Below are positions 1-12,537 of a stretch of 64,000 bases of DNA, piece after piece. Location: contig MU626261.1 in NCBI GenBank assembly GCA_025603075.1, positions 1 to 64,000 on the forward strand. The letters are read 5' to 3'. This DNA comes from Neoconidiobolus thromboides FSU 785. Lineage: Eukaryota > Fungi > Entomophthoromycota. How positions within the stretch are numbered: the stretch's first letter is position 1; every line of letters starts with the position of its first letter. Made by a program: the position numbers and the translations under genes. The notes under the pieces are model-generated. The model saw only the letters and a program-made list of their open reading frames with translations, was not told where the DNA came from and did not search any database.

Positions 1-699
1 ATCCACAATGCCTTTATCAAGGGCTTCTTTTCCACTTATCCTTTTACCTTGTAAAATCAGATCTCTTAAATCCTTACTATTAGGAACTGAAGTCTTCAAT
101 ATTGACATCATACCAGGAGATAAAGCACTAGGTAAATCAATTTCTGGCATACATAAAAATCCACGATCTTGTCGCATCACTTTGTAGTCATGACATAAAG
201 CTAACATCATACCACCTGCAAATGCATGACCATTAATAGCTGCTACAGTTGCAAAAGGAAGATTGAGTACTCGTAAACATAATTGATGATAGTAATTCTC
301 AAAGAAATCAGTAGTGCTTATTTTTCCTGACATTATTAATTCAAAATCTAGACCATTAGAATAAATATGACCATTTCCTATGGTGACTAAGGCGGCACCA
401 GTAAGTGACTTGGATGCTTTGATATCTTCTTGACGTATTGTTAAAAAATCTTGCTCAATTTCATCCATAGCTTGAATCAATACAGGAATTGTTGCTGGTG
501 TCAATCGATTGTCTTTGTTTGTAAGCTTCATAACGTAAATATTTCCTTGTTTTTGTACTTCAGCAATAATAGTACCATCATTGAGTGAATAACCAACTTT
601 AGTTTGGTTATTGTATTTTGATGTTAGACCTCTAGTTGAATTCCGTTGGAATGCTTTAATTATTTCCTTTTGCACTCTTTTTCTGTAAATTGTAAACAT
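1..699 (-). CDS. Enoyl-CoA hydratase/isomerase (crotonase superfamily, ECI-like); 3' end runs off the window
   Basis: Manual translation from ATG at 699 is open to position 1: MFTIYRKRVQKEIIKAFQRNSTRG...GHIYSNGLDF...ATVAAINGHAFAGGMMLALCHDYKVMRQDRGFLCMPEIDL, with crotonase oxyanion-hole motifs. The basic N-terminus resembles a mitochondrial presequence. Confidence 0.85.
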   Translation of the reverse strand, partial: MFTIYRKRVQKEIIKAFQRNSTRGLTSKYNNQTKVGYSLNDGTIIAEVQKQGNIYVMKLTNKDNRLTPATIPVLIQAMDEIEQDFLTIRQEDIKASKSLTGAALVTIGNGHIYSNGLDFELIMSGKISTTDFFENYYHQLCLRVLNLPFATVAAINGHAFAGGMMLALCHDYKVMRQDRGFLCMPEIDLPSALSPGMMSILKTSVPNSKDLRDLILQGKRISGKEALDKGIVD

Positions 700-1058
700 T
701 ATAAACAAAGAAATAGAAGATTTCACTTTAAGAACTTTTAGTGATTTAAACCATTTTTTAATGACATGCTGCAAAAGGTGTCAAATTCCGAGGCATTTGA
801 TTGCAAAATGTTTTCTTTACATAAATATCTAACAAACTGCTCTAAAAAAAATTTGTTTGCCACTTGTCTAACAAAGCAAAAATATGTTTATTTTCAGAGC
901 AGAATATTTTAGATTATAAAGATTAATTGTCAGTTATCCTGTGATATAATAATTGTTCATTATCAGTATTACCACCAAGGTAATTTTGACACTTAAAAGC
1001 ATTGTAAGTTAAAATCTGCTTATTAAATTTGATTTAAAACAAAGCTAGAAATATTACC

Positions 1059-1857
1059 CTATACTCTGGAATAAGTAGGAACCTGGTCATGTTCACCAAG
1101 TTTATCTTTGATAATATCAACTTGATTTAATTCAACATCATGTATATGCTCAACAAATTGGATTGTTTGCTGAAAGCTAATAAAGATATCCTCAGTAGAA
1201 TCGATTAATAAATGCTTTGATGATGAAGCATAACTGATATTGTTCAATGAGTCAGAAGTAATGATATATTGTGGAGGTGTCTTTTTCCATGCATCTGGTT
1301 CATTAGTATCAAATGTATGTTCAATAAATTGATAAACATACAAACTATCTTATTTATTTGATAATTCTAAATCAAATATACCATCGGTTGAAACAACTCG
1401 TTTAGTCTGATTTAAAAACTTATTGTTGTTGTTACCACCAATATACTGGTTAGTATACAATGGTAATAAAGCACTTAAATAAGCACAGAAGAATGGCTAG
1501 CTACAAAATTTTTATTCTCATTTAAACCAAATCGACTTGATGAAGAAGGAATTTAGTAAAGGAATTTACAGTATTACTAGTATGGTTTGGGTGCTCAATG
1601 CTGTCATTTCAATGCTTTTAACTCAAAAGATAGTGAAATATAGTACTTAAAATACTATGATCTTCAGCTAAGTTTTATACCATAATTCTATTTGGCTTTG
1701 TGCTTTCTGATATCCAGGCTCCACTTGGAATAAATAGCATTAAGGGGGGTTTTGAGGTGTAATTTGAAGGAGTAATTAAATTAAAGTAAATATTTTGATT
1801 TAAATCATTATATATATAGTTTCTTATTACATTTTCAAGTTTAGCATGATGTTTCAC
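1059..1857 (-). pseudogene. Degenerate alpha/beta-hydrolase (HGGxW esterase / kynurenine formamidase-like), copy 1
   Basis: PLMLFIPSGAWIS (decayed HGGAW), EHPNH, ASHSS (decayed GxSxG), GIFDL, DSTED and GEHD appear in the expected order but are broken by stops and frameshifts. Homologous to the copies at ~20 kb and ~45 kb. Confidence 0.7.
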
Positions 1858-2741
1858 TACTAACTGAGCAGTGCTAATTAAGCGACAACTATTTTTTCAA
1901 TGTTTCATAAATTTATCAATAATTTCTTACGCTAATTTGTGAAAGTTTAGGTTCTACAAATTTCAATAGATAAACTTACATCAATATTACAAGCTATACA
2001 TGCTAATTTTGATAAATTTAAGCCAAATACTATACTGGATAACAAGTTTATATTAAAAACTACAAATTGAGACAATGTAAAAAACAATTTTTCTTTTTAA
2101 TGTTTGGCTTTAAGTAATACAAAAGTACAATACTTGGCAAAAATGAGTAAATGCCTATAATTTTTTTAATTTTGATAAAATAAATAAACTGCAAAAAAAT
2201 CATACCACCCATAATTTAAAAAACGTATCGATAATCAGTTATCATATAAAATACCACTGAAAATGTTTTTAATAATTATGACCTAGCTGCAAATTTACTA
2301 AAAAATACAACAGAAAATAAAAGGCATATGAAAAGAGAACTAAATTTAAAATAGTGTCCTTTAATAAAATTTGTATTGTTTTAACCCATCATAGTGAGAC
2401 AATTAAAATCTGATGTTAATTAGCAAGCGTAAATACTATTTAGTTAATTATTAGATATACATAATTTGATTGCTTACTTTTTAACCAAAATGGGTTTAGT
2501 GCCTTTGATTATGTATTTAATAGTCCAGCTAAAAAGCTATATACAATATTATTTGTAAAGCCTGAGAAAATTTATGTCACTAAAAAAGCCAATTTAGAAT
2601 AATTATTGTTTTTGAATGAAATTGGATTTTGTTGTAACATTAATTTCTAATTAAATTTTAATCAACTTTAATTAAGTTTGATATTTTGTTATTCCTTTTT
2701 ATTCACCTCATTTCCTCATCTTACTATTAAAGTTTATTATC

Positions 2742-2844
2742 ATAGGGGGATGTGTTTTTATGTTTAAGAATTTTACTAACAAATTTTCCACTTAAATAGG
2801 ACTTAAGATAGAAAAAATAATGAGGCCAAAAAAACACCCCCATA
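2742..2844 (+). mobile_element. ~100-bp MITE-like dispersed repeat
   Basis: TAGGGGGATGTGTTTTT...AAAAAACACCCCCATA imperfect terminal inverted repeats with the conserved family interior (TTTAAGAATTTTACTAACAAATTTTCC...). Confidence 0.8.
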
Positions 2845-2943
2845 CCTTGTTTTTTTTGTAAACATTATAGGTACTTTGTTTCTTAGGTAGATGATTTTAA
2901 AAGCGAAGCAAAAAAAGAGAAAAGTCAAGGATAAATAATGAAA

Positions 2944-4095
2944 CTAGGTATAAACTTTATTTGTGATTCGACTTTTTAAATTCAGGACTACCCAAAATTT
3001 TAATTTATTAATAATATCAAATAATAAATCATTTTTATTAAGACTTGAAACTAAATCTTGAATTTGAATTAATAATTGATTTAAATAAGCTTTAGTGTAT
3101 TTAAAGGAGTTTATTTTTTCCATTAATAATAAGACAAGTTCCTTCAAGTTGATATTTTCGGTACGCTGTTTTAAAACATCTAATATAATAGAAATGATAT
3201 AATAACCAATATATACATGGTGTAAATGTCATATAATGGATTAGTTACTTTCTAACTGATGTATATTATCTCCAGTTCTCAAAGAATGGATGATAGGAAA
3301 TGAATACTTTCCTTCACTTAAATCTTGACAATAAACTTTAGCAGAGTGGTACTAAAAATCATTGAAGTTGATGAAAATATTTAATTTTAATGCAATTACA
3401 TCTTCTGCCTTTAAATTAACATAATCATCTCGAATCTGATGGTGCTCACCTAATAAATTAACTAAATGCATGTAATCTCTATTTCAAATTGACTATCAAT
3501 ATATCATTATGATTATGTATTAATGATAAACTTACACATTAGGATTTGAAGCTTGCTGCATCATTTTAATTCCTAACCTCAATAAATCCCAGTTTCTAAA
3601 ATAAACTAAATACAAAATACAGATCTAGAATACAAAAAATACTATTTTTAATCATATCTGAATATTAACATTCAGAAGGACAAATATTTCTATCTTTATA
3701 ATGCAACTCCATTCCTTGACCTTAGAGCAATTCGATTAATTCAGTAGAATAAACTTGTACTAATTTTGGATCATTTAACTTATAAACCTTTTGTAATGCT
3801 AAAAATAGATATAATTAGCGCAGTTGATTGTTATTGATATTTTATAAATGCAATGAGCAACTTTATAGAACTAGCTTAAATGCCAGTTATAAGCCTTGGT
3901 TCATTTAAATTACCTGAATTTACTCTTCTTAATTCAGAATTATATTGTACGCCATCAACTAATAATGAAGCATTGTGTAGCATCTTCATAGCCCTGCCAA
4001 CTATTTTTGACTTTTCTGGATCTATCTTTAGCCAAAATCAAAATGCTCCCAATAACTTGGTTCGGAACGTTTTTCTAGGATTACTACATATATAA
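2944..4095 (-). pseudogene. Geranylgeranyl pyrophosphate synthase pseudogene (BTS1/GGPS1-like)
   Basis: Minus-strand fragments: PRKTFRTKLLGAF*FWLK, MLHNASLLVDGVQYNSELRR (first Asp-rich motif decayed), NCANYIYF, ELIELL*GQGMELHYKDRNICPSEC*Y, LLRLGIKMMQ, HQIRDDYVNL, CQDLSEGKYSFPIIHSL, VLKQRTENINLK. Has in-frame stops (e.g. 3722-3724), frameshifts and intron remnants. Confidence 0.85.
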
Positions 4096-5400
4096 CTATA
4101 TAGCTCTAGCAGTAAATAAATGGAGCTTAATTATTTTATTATTAATTTCATTATGAATAATTTATGTTGTCCTTTATTTCTATTGCTTCTGAGCTAATAG
4201 TAACGCCCATGATATTTGAATTTAGGCTTATAACAAAAAAATATTTTTTAATGAAACTTATAATTAGAAACAACTTATCTATTAGTTCATATAGTACGTT
4301 GTAATAGTTTAATATGTTAATCTGTTTTAGATCAAATTAAATCAAACTCTTATTAAATATTTTATTTTATTTTATTCTATTAAACCTTGGTTCTTCAATC
4401 CGAATGTGGCTACTCTGCTACTTATATAACTTTATTATCCCAAATTTACTTTAAAGAACTCATTAATAATTCTTTAGCTCCTTGGAAATGCAAGATAATC
4501 CTTTACTTTGTATACATTGAAGCCCAACATGAGTAGCTCTCATAAACTTTGTATCGGTTCACAGCCAAGATAAGAAGCTTATACCAACTTAAAGATTCAT
4601 AGGATTAATACTACTCTTATTTATAAAATAAACAATAATATAGGCATACATTCTTTTTGAAAATTATTTTACAATGAATAAATAATCCCGAAATTGGCGT
4701 TTTAATAATTTTCAGGATTCATGTAAATAGCACGACATGTTAAGAATAGATACATAATCAATTTTACTTTATTACTATATTATATATTAACTATTATCTC
4801 ATTCGTTTAATTTAAAATTACAAAAATATCGATTCATTGTAATGTTAATTAAAGTCATTTTAAATAATGCACTTTAAAAAAGCAACGTCACTGAATTATT
4901 TGAAAATTAAAACAACTAAAAAGTATTAAATGATAACTACTGGATAGTCCCATTTATATTACTATATTCATGAACTATAAAAAAGAACAGGACAAAATAT
5001 AACCGCAACAAATACCTTTCAAGTCCAAATGCAATAACTATTTTAACATAATTTAGCCGTTGTAATCGCATTTTTTTGCTATTTTTTGAGGCACATGGAC
5101 ATAGCCATGAATAGGGCTGTATAATAGTAATTTAATCCTACAGCTATTATGTATAGTCCTGAAACCCCTTTTTACAGCTATTTATGTTCAATAAATTGAG
5201 TATAGTTACAGTATATACATATTTATAATTGATAAGAAGGTGGATATTGCAAAGTCGCATTTGATTTGTATAAAGTGTCTAACCTTGTAAAATTATTAGT
5301 CAACTAATTTATAAATGTGTTTTGGGAAGTCAGATTGATTCCACCCAAATGTTATATCACTATACATCTTAAGTTGATATTGATTGAGAGTTATTATCTA

Positions 5401-6896
5401 TATGGGGATGTATTTTGTGTTTAAGAATTTTACTAACGGTTTTTCCACTCAAATAGCGCTTAAAAAATGGAAAAATAATGAAACCAAAAAAAACAGCCCC
5501 ATATGTATTAAAAAAGTTGAATATTGACAAATAGCTTGTTAAAATATTATAAAATTTATTGGATAAAGTATAGTTTGAATTATAAAGCTTATGGGTATTA
5601 AAGCATCTCTTTAAAACTAGAATTTGTATGTGGATGTTTTTTGGCTTAATTACTTTTTCCATCTCTTAAGCATTATTTGAGTGGAAAGATTGCTAATAAA
5701 ATCCTTAAACACAAAAATACATCCCCATGCTGTGATCAAAAGTGGCTACTAACTGTATTTATTGTATTATTTTATACATTTTTTTATGCTTTTACTTCCA
5801 AAATCTTATATAATTTTTCATTAAATAGAGGCCTTTATGATATATGCGGCTTTTTTATGAACTTATGTGTTATATATTAACACATTGATTAAATAGATTT
5901 AATTAAAAAAAATTGTCTAGCTATTATCTAAATAGCGGTGCTTTTATTCATTTGTCTTTGAATGATTTTTCTCGATTATTTAGATTAGTCAATAAACTTT
6001 AGAGAACGTTTTTCTGAGTAAATGTTACACAGATCTTTATGGATTTTCAAAGACAGATTTGTATAGACTAAATTCATTCAACAGATATGGGGATGCATTT
6101 TTGTGTTTAAGAATTCTACTAACAATTTTCCACCCAAATAGCGCTCAAAAAATGAAAAAATAATGAAGTCAAAAAAAACACTCCCATATGCTATCTCAGA
6201 TTGTTACTTTCATAACTAATAGCATTGTGTTGTCATTTTACTGATTGAATTATACTTAAAATTAAGGATTTTAATTTTACTTTCTTTAAGCATAAAAATC
6301 ATAAACTATATACAATAAAATTATAGCTGTTAAAGTTTGATATGTAATTTCTTGTGAGTTTCTTCGAGCATTATTTATTTAATTGTTCTTTTTAAATGTG
6401 CATTCTTAAACTTTAATGAGATTTGTGACTAAAATTCTATTCTGAAATGAACGGTTAGCTGCATCTTTGAGCTTTAACAGCTGTAGCCCAGCTTATTACT
6501 TGAACTTCAAATAAGCTAAATAAACTAATGGGAATGCTTTTTTACTTCAGGATTTAGCTGCTAAATTCCTTTCCTTTACACTAGGTAAAAAATGGTCAGA
6601 ATGATACAAGATAAAACATGGGGATATATTTTTGTGTTTAAGAATTTTACTAATTTTTCGCTCAAATAGCACTTAAAAAAAAATAGAAGTGATGAAGCCA
6701 AAAAAAACACCCACATATATTAATTTTTCGAAATTTGGATCTAGATAAACTAGAAGTTTTCTTACTGTAGCCAAAGCTTTAAATTCATCTATATAGGGAT
6801 GTATTTTTATGTTTAAGAATTTTACTAATAAAGTTTCCGCTCAAATAGTGCTTAGAGGATGGAAAAAGTAATGAAGCCAAAAAAAACATCCCCATA
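5401..6896. mobile_element. Cluster of five MITE-like copies (5401-5503 +, 5627-5728 -, 6086-6188 +, 6617-6717 +, 6792-6896 +)
   Basis: Each copy matches TATGGGGATGTATTTTTGTGTTTAAGAATTTTACTAAC...AAATAGCGCTTAAAAAATGGAAAAA...GAAGCCAAAAAAAACAYCCCATA and has different flanks. Confidence 0.85.
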
Positions 6897-7169
6897 TACT
6901 AAAATATCAAAGTAACTCTACTTTAATAAAAAGACCAAATTGAAGCATGCTAAAATATAGTGAACATACGATACTGTTTATGAAAAATGAAAATACTAAC
7001 TAAAAGTATTAAATTTTATTTAAAAATGAGAAGAAAGTGTAGCCATCATTCATCTCAAAAATGGCCATCACAGCGTGTACAAAAAACTACAAAATTAAGG
7101 AAAATATAAGCTCTAAAAAGCAAACTACATATCGCATACTATTAGTTAAAATTCATTCTCACTCACCCC

Positions 7170-10100
7170 TTATTTTTTAGCTCTATTGTGTTGCATATGG
7201 CTTTGAACTAAATGACCTGCTGCCAATGCGGACATAAGTGAGAGTTCACCAGCCATAACAGCTGCACAGATCACACGTGCTAATCGGCGTGCATTCGCCC
7301 CAGGCTCTTGTGGATGGGCGCCACGTACTCCAAGTAAATCAAGACAAGCTGCTTGAGCAGGAAGCTGAGTGCCGCCACCGATGGTACCAACCTCAATAGA
7401 TGGCATAGAACATGAGATTAATAAATCTTGACCTTGGTTAACAGCTTTCATCAATGTAATACAATTGGAACTTTCTACATTTTGAGCTGGATCTTGACCA
7501 GTGGCTAAAAACACAGCTGTGAGCATATTTGCCGCATGTGCACTGAATCCACCTACTGACCCAGCCATGGCTGAGCCAACTAAATTTTTCGATATGTTCA
7601 GTTCTACCAATGCACTTACAGTCGTCTTTAATACCTTCTCAACAACATTTTTGGGGATCACTGCTTCAGCAACTACTGATTTACCTCGTCCTTCGATCCA
7701 GTTGATAGCTGCTGGCTTTTTATCCGTACAGTAATTACCGCTGATGGAGATGATTTGCATAGCTGGGAATCTTTCTTGAAGAGCAGCAAGAGCCTTTTCA
7801 GATCCTTTTGAAACCATGTTCATACCCATAGCATCCCCAGTCGAGGTAGCAAATCTGATAAAGAGCAAACGTCCAGCTAAGGCCGCTTTTATCCTTTGTA
7901 AACGTGCAAAGCGAGAGGTAGAGTCAAATGCTTGTTTAACATGATTATATCCTTCTTCAGATTCAATATAGTCTTTGCACTCAAAAGCTTCTGTTAAACT
8001 GGGGAATTCAACGCATGGTCCACGGGTAATACCGTCTTGACTAAGTACAGTGGTTGCTCCGCCGCCAAGATTGATTGCTTTACATCCACGAGAGGTAGAA
8101 GCAACCAAGCAACCTTCAGTAGTAGCCATAGGTACATGGTAAGAAACACCATCTACATTGATAGGGCCAGCAATACCCACTGGTAAAGGCATATATCCAA
8201 CCACATTTTCACAGCATTGGCCAATCACTTTGGAATAATCGTAATGTTGGAAAGGAAGGAAACTGCTAGCTAACCCAGGGGAAATAAGGGAACGACGGAT
8301 ATTGACCGCACGTGTAAGGTCACCTAACGTTTTTTCAAGTGCATATGAAGCAAGTTTACCTGCTTTAACAAGTTGAAGGACCTCTAAATCTGATAAAGCT
8401 TCCGGTGCAATTTTAATGATCTCAGCGCACTCTTCAATATCACGTACTTGATCACCATCAATTAAAAATTTACATACTTTAGTGGTCGAATCCTCTGTAG
8501 GTGATTGGGGAGCCTTTTCGATTGGGGTCATAGCTAATGCAGCTGGGGTTGAAATTGGGATAGAGGGAACAGAAACTGGGGGGGTAATCGTCTTTTCAGT
8601 TTTAGTTTGGTTAGTAGAGAGATACATCATCGCATTTATCGTCAAAGAAACAATCAATAAAGAGCCAAGAACCTTATTAGTGAAATCAGAAGCACCAAAG
8701 AGAGAGTTGAGGGAATCGATGAAGCCTAATTGACGGCCGATAACAACAAAAGGAGTGCATACTTTAATGGTATACTCACTAAGGCCAGTCCGTTTTGAAA
8801 TAGCTTCTAAAATAAAATTGTAATCCATTGGTTCCAAAATATTGTTTGTAATTGCTGGGCTTTTATTGATCAAGCCAGGTGCTTGCATCAATACAAAAGC
8901 TAAAATTAGTAATATTTTAACGTGTGAAATAGTAGAGCTAGAGGGATCATTTTCAGAATAATCATCTACCAAAGCTCTTAATGTGATCTTTTTATAATTG
9001 GCTGGGTTGGTTAAATCAAGCTCGGAACTGACTTTTTTGATTTTGTTTTCACGTTTACGTAACAATTCTACTTTAAGGGTGAGAATAGCTGGGAAAGTAG
9101 TAAATAAAAAGATAGCATCGTATAAGACAGTTAAGGCGCTAAGTAAACAAAACTCTGAAAGCCCTTTGATGCCAGTAGCAGCACCAAGAGATAAAACGCC
9201 GATTTCAAAAGAATATTCTCTAAGTAAAGAAGAGGAAATCGATTCTACCCCTGAAGCGATGATCTCTGAAGAACTCTTTGCTTCATCTTTGGATTCATTA
9301 TTGTATTTATCTAAAACAGCACGGAACATTTTACATGGTTTATTAAATCCAATAGCACTGACAAAGAAAGGAATACCTTCAGTAAAGATAACCAAATCAA
9401 CTTCGCTACCAATAAGCCCAAGCGTAAGTAAAGAGCATAAGAAAGCACTGATTGCCAATAAAAGGGAAGACAAAGGCAAAGTGACATAAGATCCAATCTG
9501 TCTCATTTTATAAAACAAAGCGACAAAGGTAGCGTACATCATGAGATAACCAGCGAATACAGTAAAAACCTCCGCATTGCTAGACTCTTCAAATAAAATT
9601 TTGAACTTTAAGCTTAAAATTTTCAAGTCACCAAACACGGAATTTGAATCCGAATTGTTAGTAAAATTAAACGATGAGCTGAGTGGTTGAGCGGTAAAGT
9701 TACCAAACTTAAAGTTGTGTAAGTTTCTCTCCCATTTATTAAATGACTCTGTGAACTCATTATTAATGGTTGGAATTACAAACGAAATCAACAATCCAGA
9801 TGCATTAAGCAACTCTTTCTCTTTTGATATGGTATGGTCTACAATTAAATTGGAATATATGCTTGATGTTAATGCAAGATTCTGGATTGTAGCACTTGGG
9901 TTCTCATCCCTATTTAAAATTTCCGAATCATTTTCCCACGCATCGAAAACACTATACATTAAACAAGAGGAATCGAAAGATTTGGCATGTTGACAAAGAT
10001 CGAAAAGAGTAGTTCCTGTTTGGTTAATAGTCATGTTTTTAGTAATATGATTTAAATAATCTAAACCATGGACCAAAGTAGGCTTATTAAGTACTCCGGG

Positions 10101-10370
10101 ATATTCAGAACCATGAGGAACAGTGATCAAGATGCTTTTTAAGGTGAATTTAGGTTCATCTTCCATAATCCTTTCTCCATCTAACGAATAGGATTGAGTT
10201 CTGTAGGTTAAATCTTGGATTCTATCATAACTAAAAATCCTATCTCCGCTCAATAAACTCCATACATATGTTATAACAAAACTTAAAACCAGAATACACG
10301 TTACCACCATTTCAATAGGGTTCTTTGTGGACCGGTTAATCACACTACGCAATAGAGAGTGCCCAAACAT
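7170..10370 (-). CDS. HMG1: HMG-CoA reductase, class I, with membrane/sterol-sensing N-terminal region; intronless, 1066 aa
   Basis: [88 protein letters not shown]; multiple N-terminal hydrophobic segments. Confidence 0.98.
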   Translation of the reverse strand: MFGHSLLRSVINRSTKNPIEMVVTCILVLSFVITYVWSLLSGDRIFSYDRIQDLTYRTQSYSLDGERIMEDEPKFTLKSILITVPHGSEYPGVLNKPTLVHGLDYLNHITKNMTINQTGTTLFDLCQHAKSFDSSCLMYSVFDAWENDSEILNRDENPSATIQNLALTSSIYSNLIVDHTISKEKELLNASGLLISFVIPTINNEFTESFNKWERNLHNFKFGNFTAQPLSSSFNFTNNSDSNSVFGDLKILSLKFKILFEESSNAEVFTVFAGYLMMYATFVALFYKMRQIGSYVTLPLSSLLLAISAFLCSLLTLGLIGSEVDLVIFTEGIPFFVSAIGFNKPCKMFRAVLDKYNNESKDEAKSSSEIIASGVESISSSLLREYSFEIGVLSLGAATGIKGLSEFCLLSALTVLYDAIFLFTTFPAILTLKVELLRKRENKIKKVSSELDLTNPANYKKITLRALVDDYSENDPSSSTISHVKILLILAFVLMQAPGLINKSPAITNNILEPMDYNFILEAISKRTGLSEYTIKVCTPFVVIGRQLGFIDSLNSLFGASDFTNKVLGSLLIVSLTINAMMYLSTNQTKTEKTITPPVSVPSIPISTPAALAMTPIEKAPQSPTEDSTTKVCKFLIDGDQVRDIEECAEIIKIAPEALSDLEVLQLVKAGKLASYALEKTLGDLTRAVNIRRSLISPGLASSFLPFQHYDYSKVIGQCCENVVGYMPLPVGIAGPINVDGVSYHVPMATTEGCLVASTSRGCKAINLGGGATTVLSQDGITRGPCVEFPSLTEAFECKDYIESEEGYNHVKQAFDSTSRFARLQRIKAALAGRLLFIRFATSTGDAMGMNMVSKGSEKALAALQERFPAMQIISISGNYCTDKKPAAINWIEGRGKSVVAEAVIPKNVVEKVLKTTVSALVELNISKNLVGSAMAGSVGGFSAHAANMLTAVFLATGQDPAQNVESSNCITLMKAVNQGQDLLISCSMPSIEVGTIGGGTQLPAQAACLDLLGVRGAHPQEPGANARRLARVICAAVMAGELSLMSALAAGHLVQSHMQHNRAKK

Positions 10371-12537
10371 TTTTTAATAAGCAACCTTGTTGAAAAGTTT
10401 TTTAGTTTGGAAAATAAAAGGTTGAGCTTCAAGTTCGAACTAAAGCTCATATTTTATAATTGTTACCTAATTTTAAAGGCCAATTAAATCGAGTTTCAAT
10501 TTTATAAGCTTTTGATTGGCTTAAATCGCTGGTGTAAATGTTAAATTTGATAATTATCCCTTTGATTTTCTGTTTTTTTTCAAGGATGGTTTCTCACTGT
10601 AAAACCCGGTTGTAGCTGCCTTAAAATAAAAGGCCCCTAATGCATTATTTATTTATTCTTATCTTTTATCATCGAGTTTACTTATATTTTGTATTATCTT
10701 ATCATTATAAAAATCCTCATGACTAAGATTCACTTCTAAGTCTGCAACAAATCGGTTGTTTTGGTAATTGATGAGCTTAAATTTTAAATAAAGTATGAGC
10801 TTTTATTTTATGTCAATTAAAAATTAATTTATTTATGAGCTTTCTATTATTATTATAATCTTCATATTTATTCCAAATTTGTAATTTAATACAATAATTA
10901 TTCATAATCTGCCATATTTAATTGGCCTATTCTCTTTATTTAATAATAATTCAAGAATTTAGAAGAACATTCCCTGAAAATTAATTTATAAAAATTTCAT
11001 GAATACTTCAATACTTCAATTAGCCCTAAAAAATTTATTTGCTATTTAAAATATTCAGCATTTAGAATTGTTTTTAATTAAAATTTTAAGTTTATTTTTT
11101 AATATAAATTTCTTACTATTTTCAACTATTGTGAAAAAAACGTTCTATATTAAATAATATTTTATCGTACCATTTTAAATATTTTGGGGTTTAATTAAAT
11201 CCAAAACCAATCATCTTAACTTTCAATTTTAACAACCCAAAAAATTAACAAAAATTTAAAACAGCTAAACTTCCCTAATCTAGCTAGAAAAAATTCTTTA
11301 GATTGTTCAACTTCCAGCTGTATATCATTCCTATTTAAATATAAACTTATGGAGTCTTTACTATTTATAATGAAATAAAATCAACTATATTATCTTTTAT
11401 AAAAGAAAAGATTCTATAATCTAATCCTATCACCCTACTTTACTTGTATCAAATTACTCCATCCTCTTATCAAAACATCCGATTTATGCAGTTTCAATTT
11501 GCAAAAAAGGCGTGTTCGAAATTCTGCAGGAAGAAATTGGAACATTGAAGTTATTATTAATTTTAGTGGCGCAAAGCAGGAGGATCTCAAGGAATAATTG
11601 AAGTTGGATTATTGAAAATACTATAAAGTTTTAAAGAGTAGTATTGAGCAGTATAATCTTACTCATCTATTTAGAATTTTGTGAGCAATATTTCTATTTT
11701 TGTTTTAAATTTCAAAACTAAACAAAGTTGTATACCCCGTGGGAATATTATACAACTAATCCCCGATTTTTAAGGGTACCAAATATCACGCTGGTATTTA
11801 TTAAAGGATTTTTTTTAAAACAAAACGATGCTATTTATCAGATGAACAAAAACATATACCTTTTTATACCTAAAGCTTATGATATTTATATAAAGTTTGA
11901 ATATTTTTGTTGGTTTTTACTGCTTTTTTATCTTTATTTTGATATTATACTCCTATTGCCTTATGAGCCGATTCTTTGATTTTCTTTTCCTTCAGCCAAT
12001 AATTTTCGGTGACGCAAGCGCTACAGAATAAAAGAAACCATTGCAAGAAACATTTATAATTAGAAATAATTCAATTAACAAAAGCTAAAATCCACTTTAA
12101 CTACAAATGAAGAGTTTTCATTTCACTATAGCACGCTCTAACAAACAGCAACTAGGGCCTATCAACAGAGTATAGTTCTATCAGCAGTAATATTTATCAA
12201 TTAACCTCATCCCTTACATTATGGGATATAAACCCGAAATGTCTAATCCAAATAAAAAGAAGGTTCCACCTCATTGATTAAATAATTTCAAAGCTTCAAC
12301 CAATTCACTCACTTTCACTGGTTGTAAAGAAGAATAGAGCTCATATTTAGCCACTGATTGGATAAAATCTAAATCTGAAAAAAGCTAATAAAATCATTAA
12401 GTTGAAAACTAAGATTCCTCATCTGCCATCGATAAACTTCCAATAGGGCTAAGGTGGCTAACAAAGAAATAGATTGCAACATACACTATAAAGCCATAAT
12501 TTTATAAGAGTATAACATAAACTATCATACTAACGCG

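Noticed and set aside
4380-4620. Coding-like minus-strand fragment upstream of the GGPPS relic
   Set aside because: No family recognised and it could not be joined to the GGPPS frame
5369-5880. Short ORFs 5369-5662 and 5677-5880 (also 19901-20161, 48976-49164, 60318-60644) sharing peptides like YLSGKIVSKILKH
   Set aside because: They are chance translations of the MITE-like repeat, not a protein family
7501-9993. Plus-strand ORFs antisense to HMG1, and similar antisense ORFs over GPI13, PDI1, SMC6 and the Ser/Thr-rich gene
   Set aside because: Shadow ORFs of real coding sequence with no recognisable motifs
11950-12300. Possible 3-exon ~60-aa minus-strand peptide (MRWNLLFIW...ACVTENYWLKEKK...) upstream of GPI13
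   Set aside because: It can be spliced by eye but has no recognisable homology and could easily arise by chance
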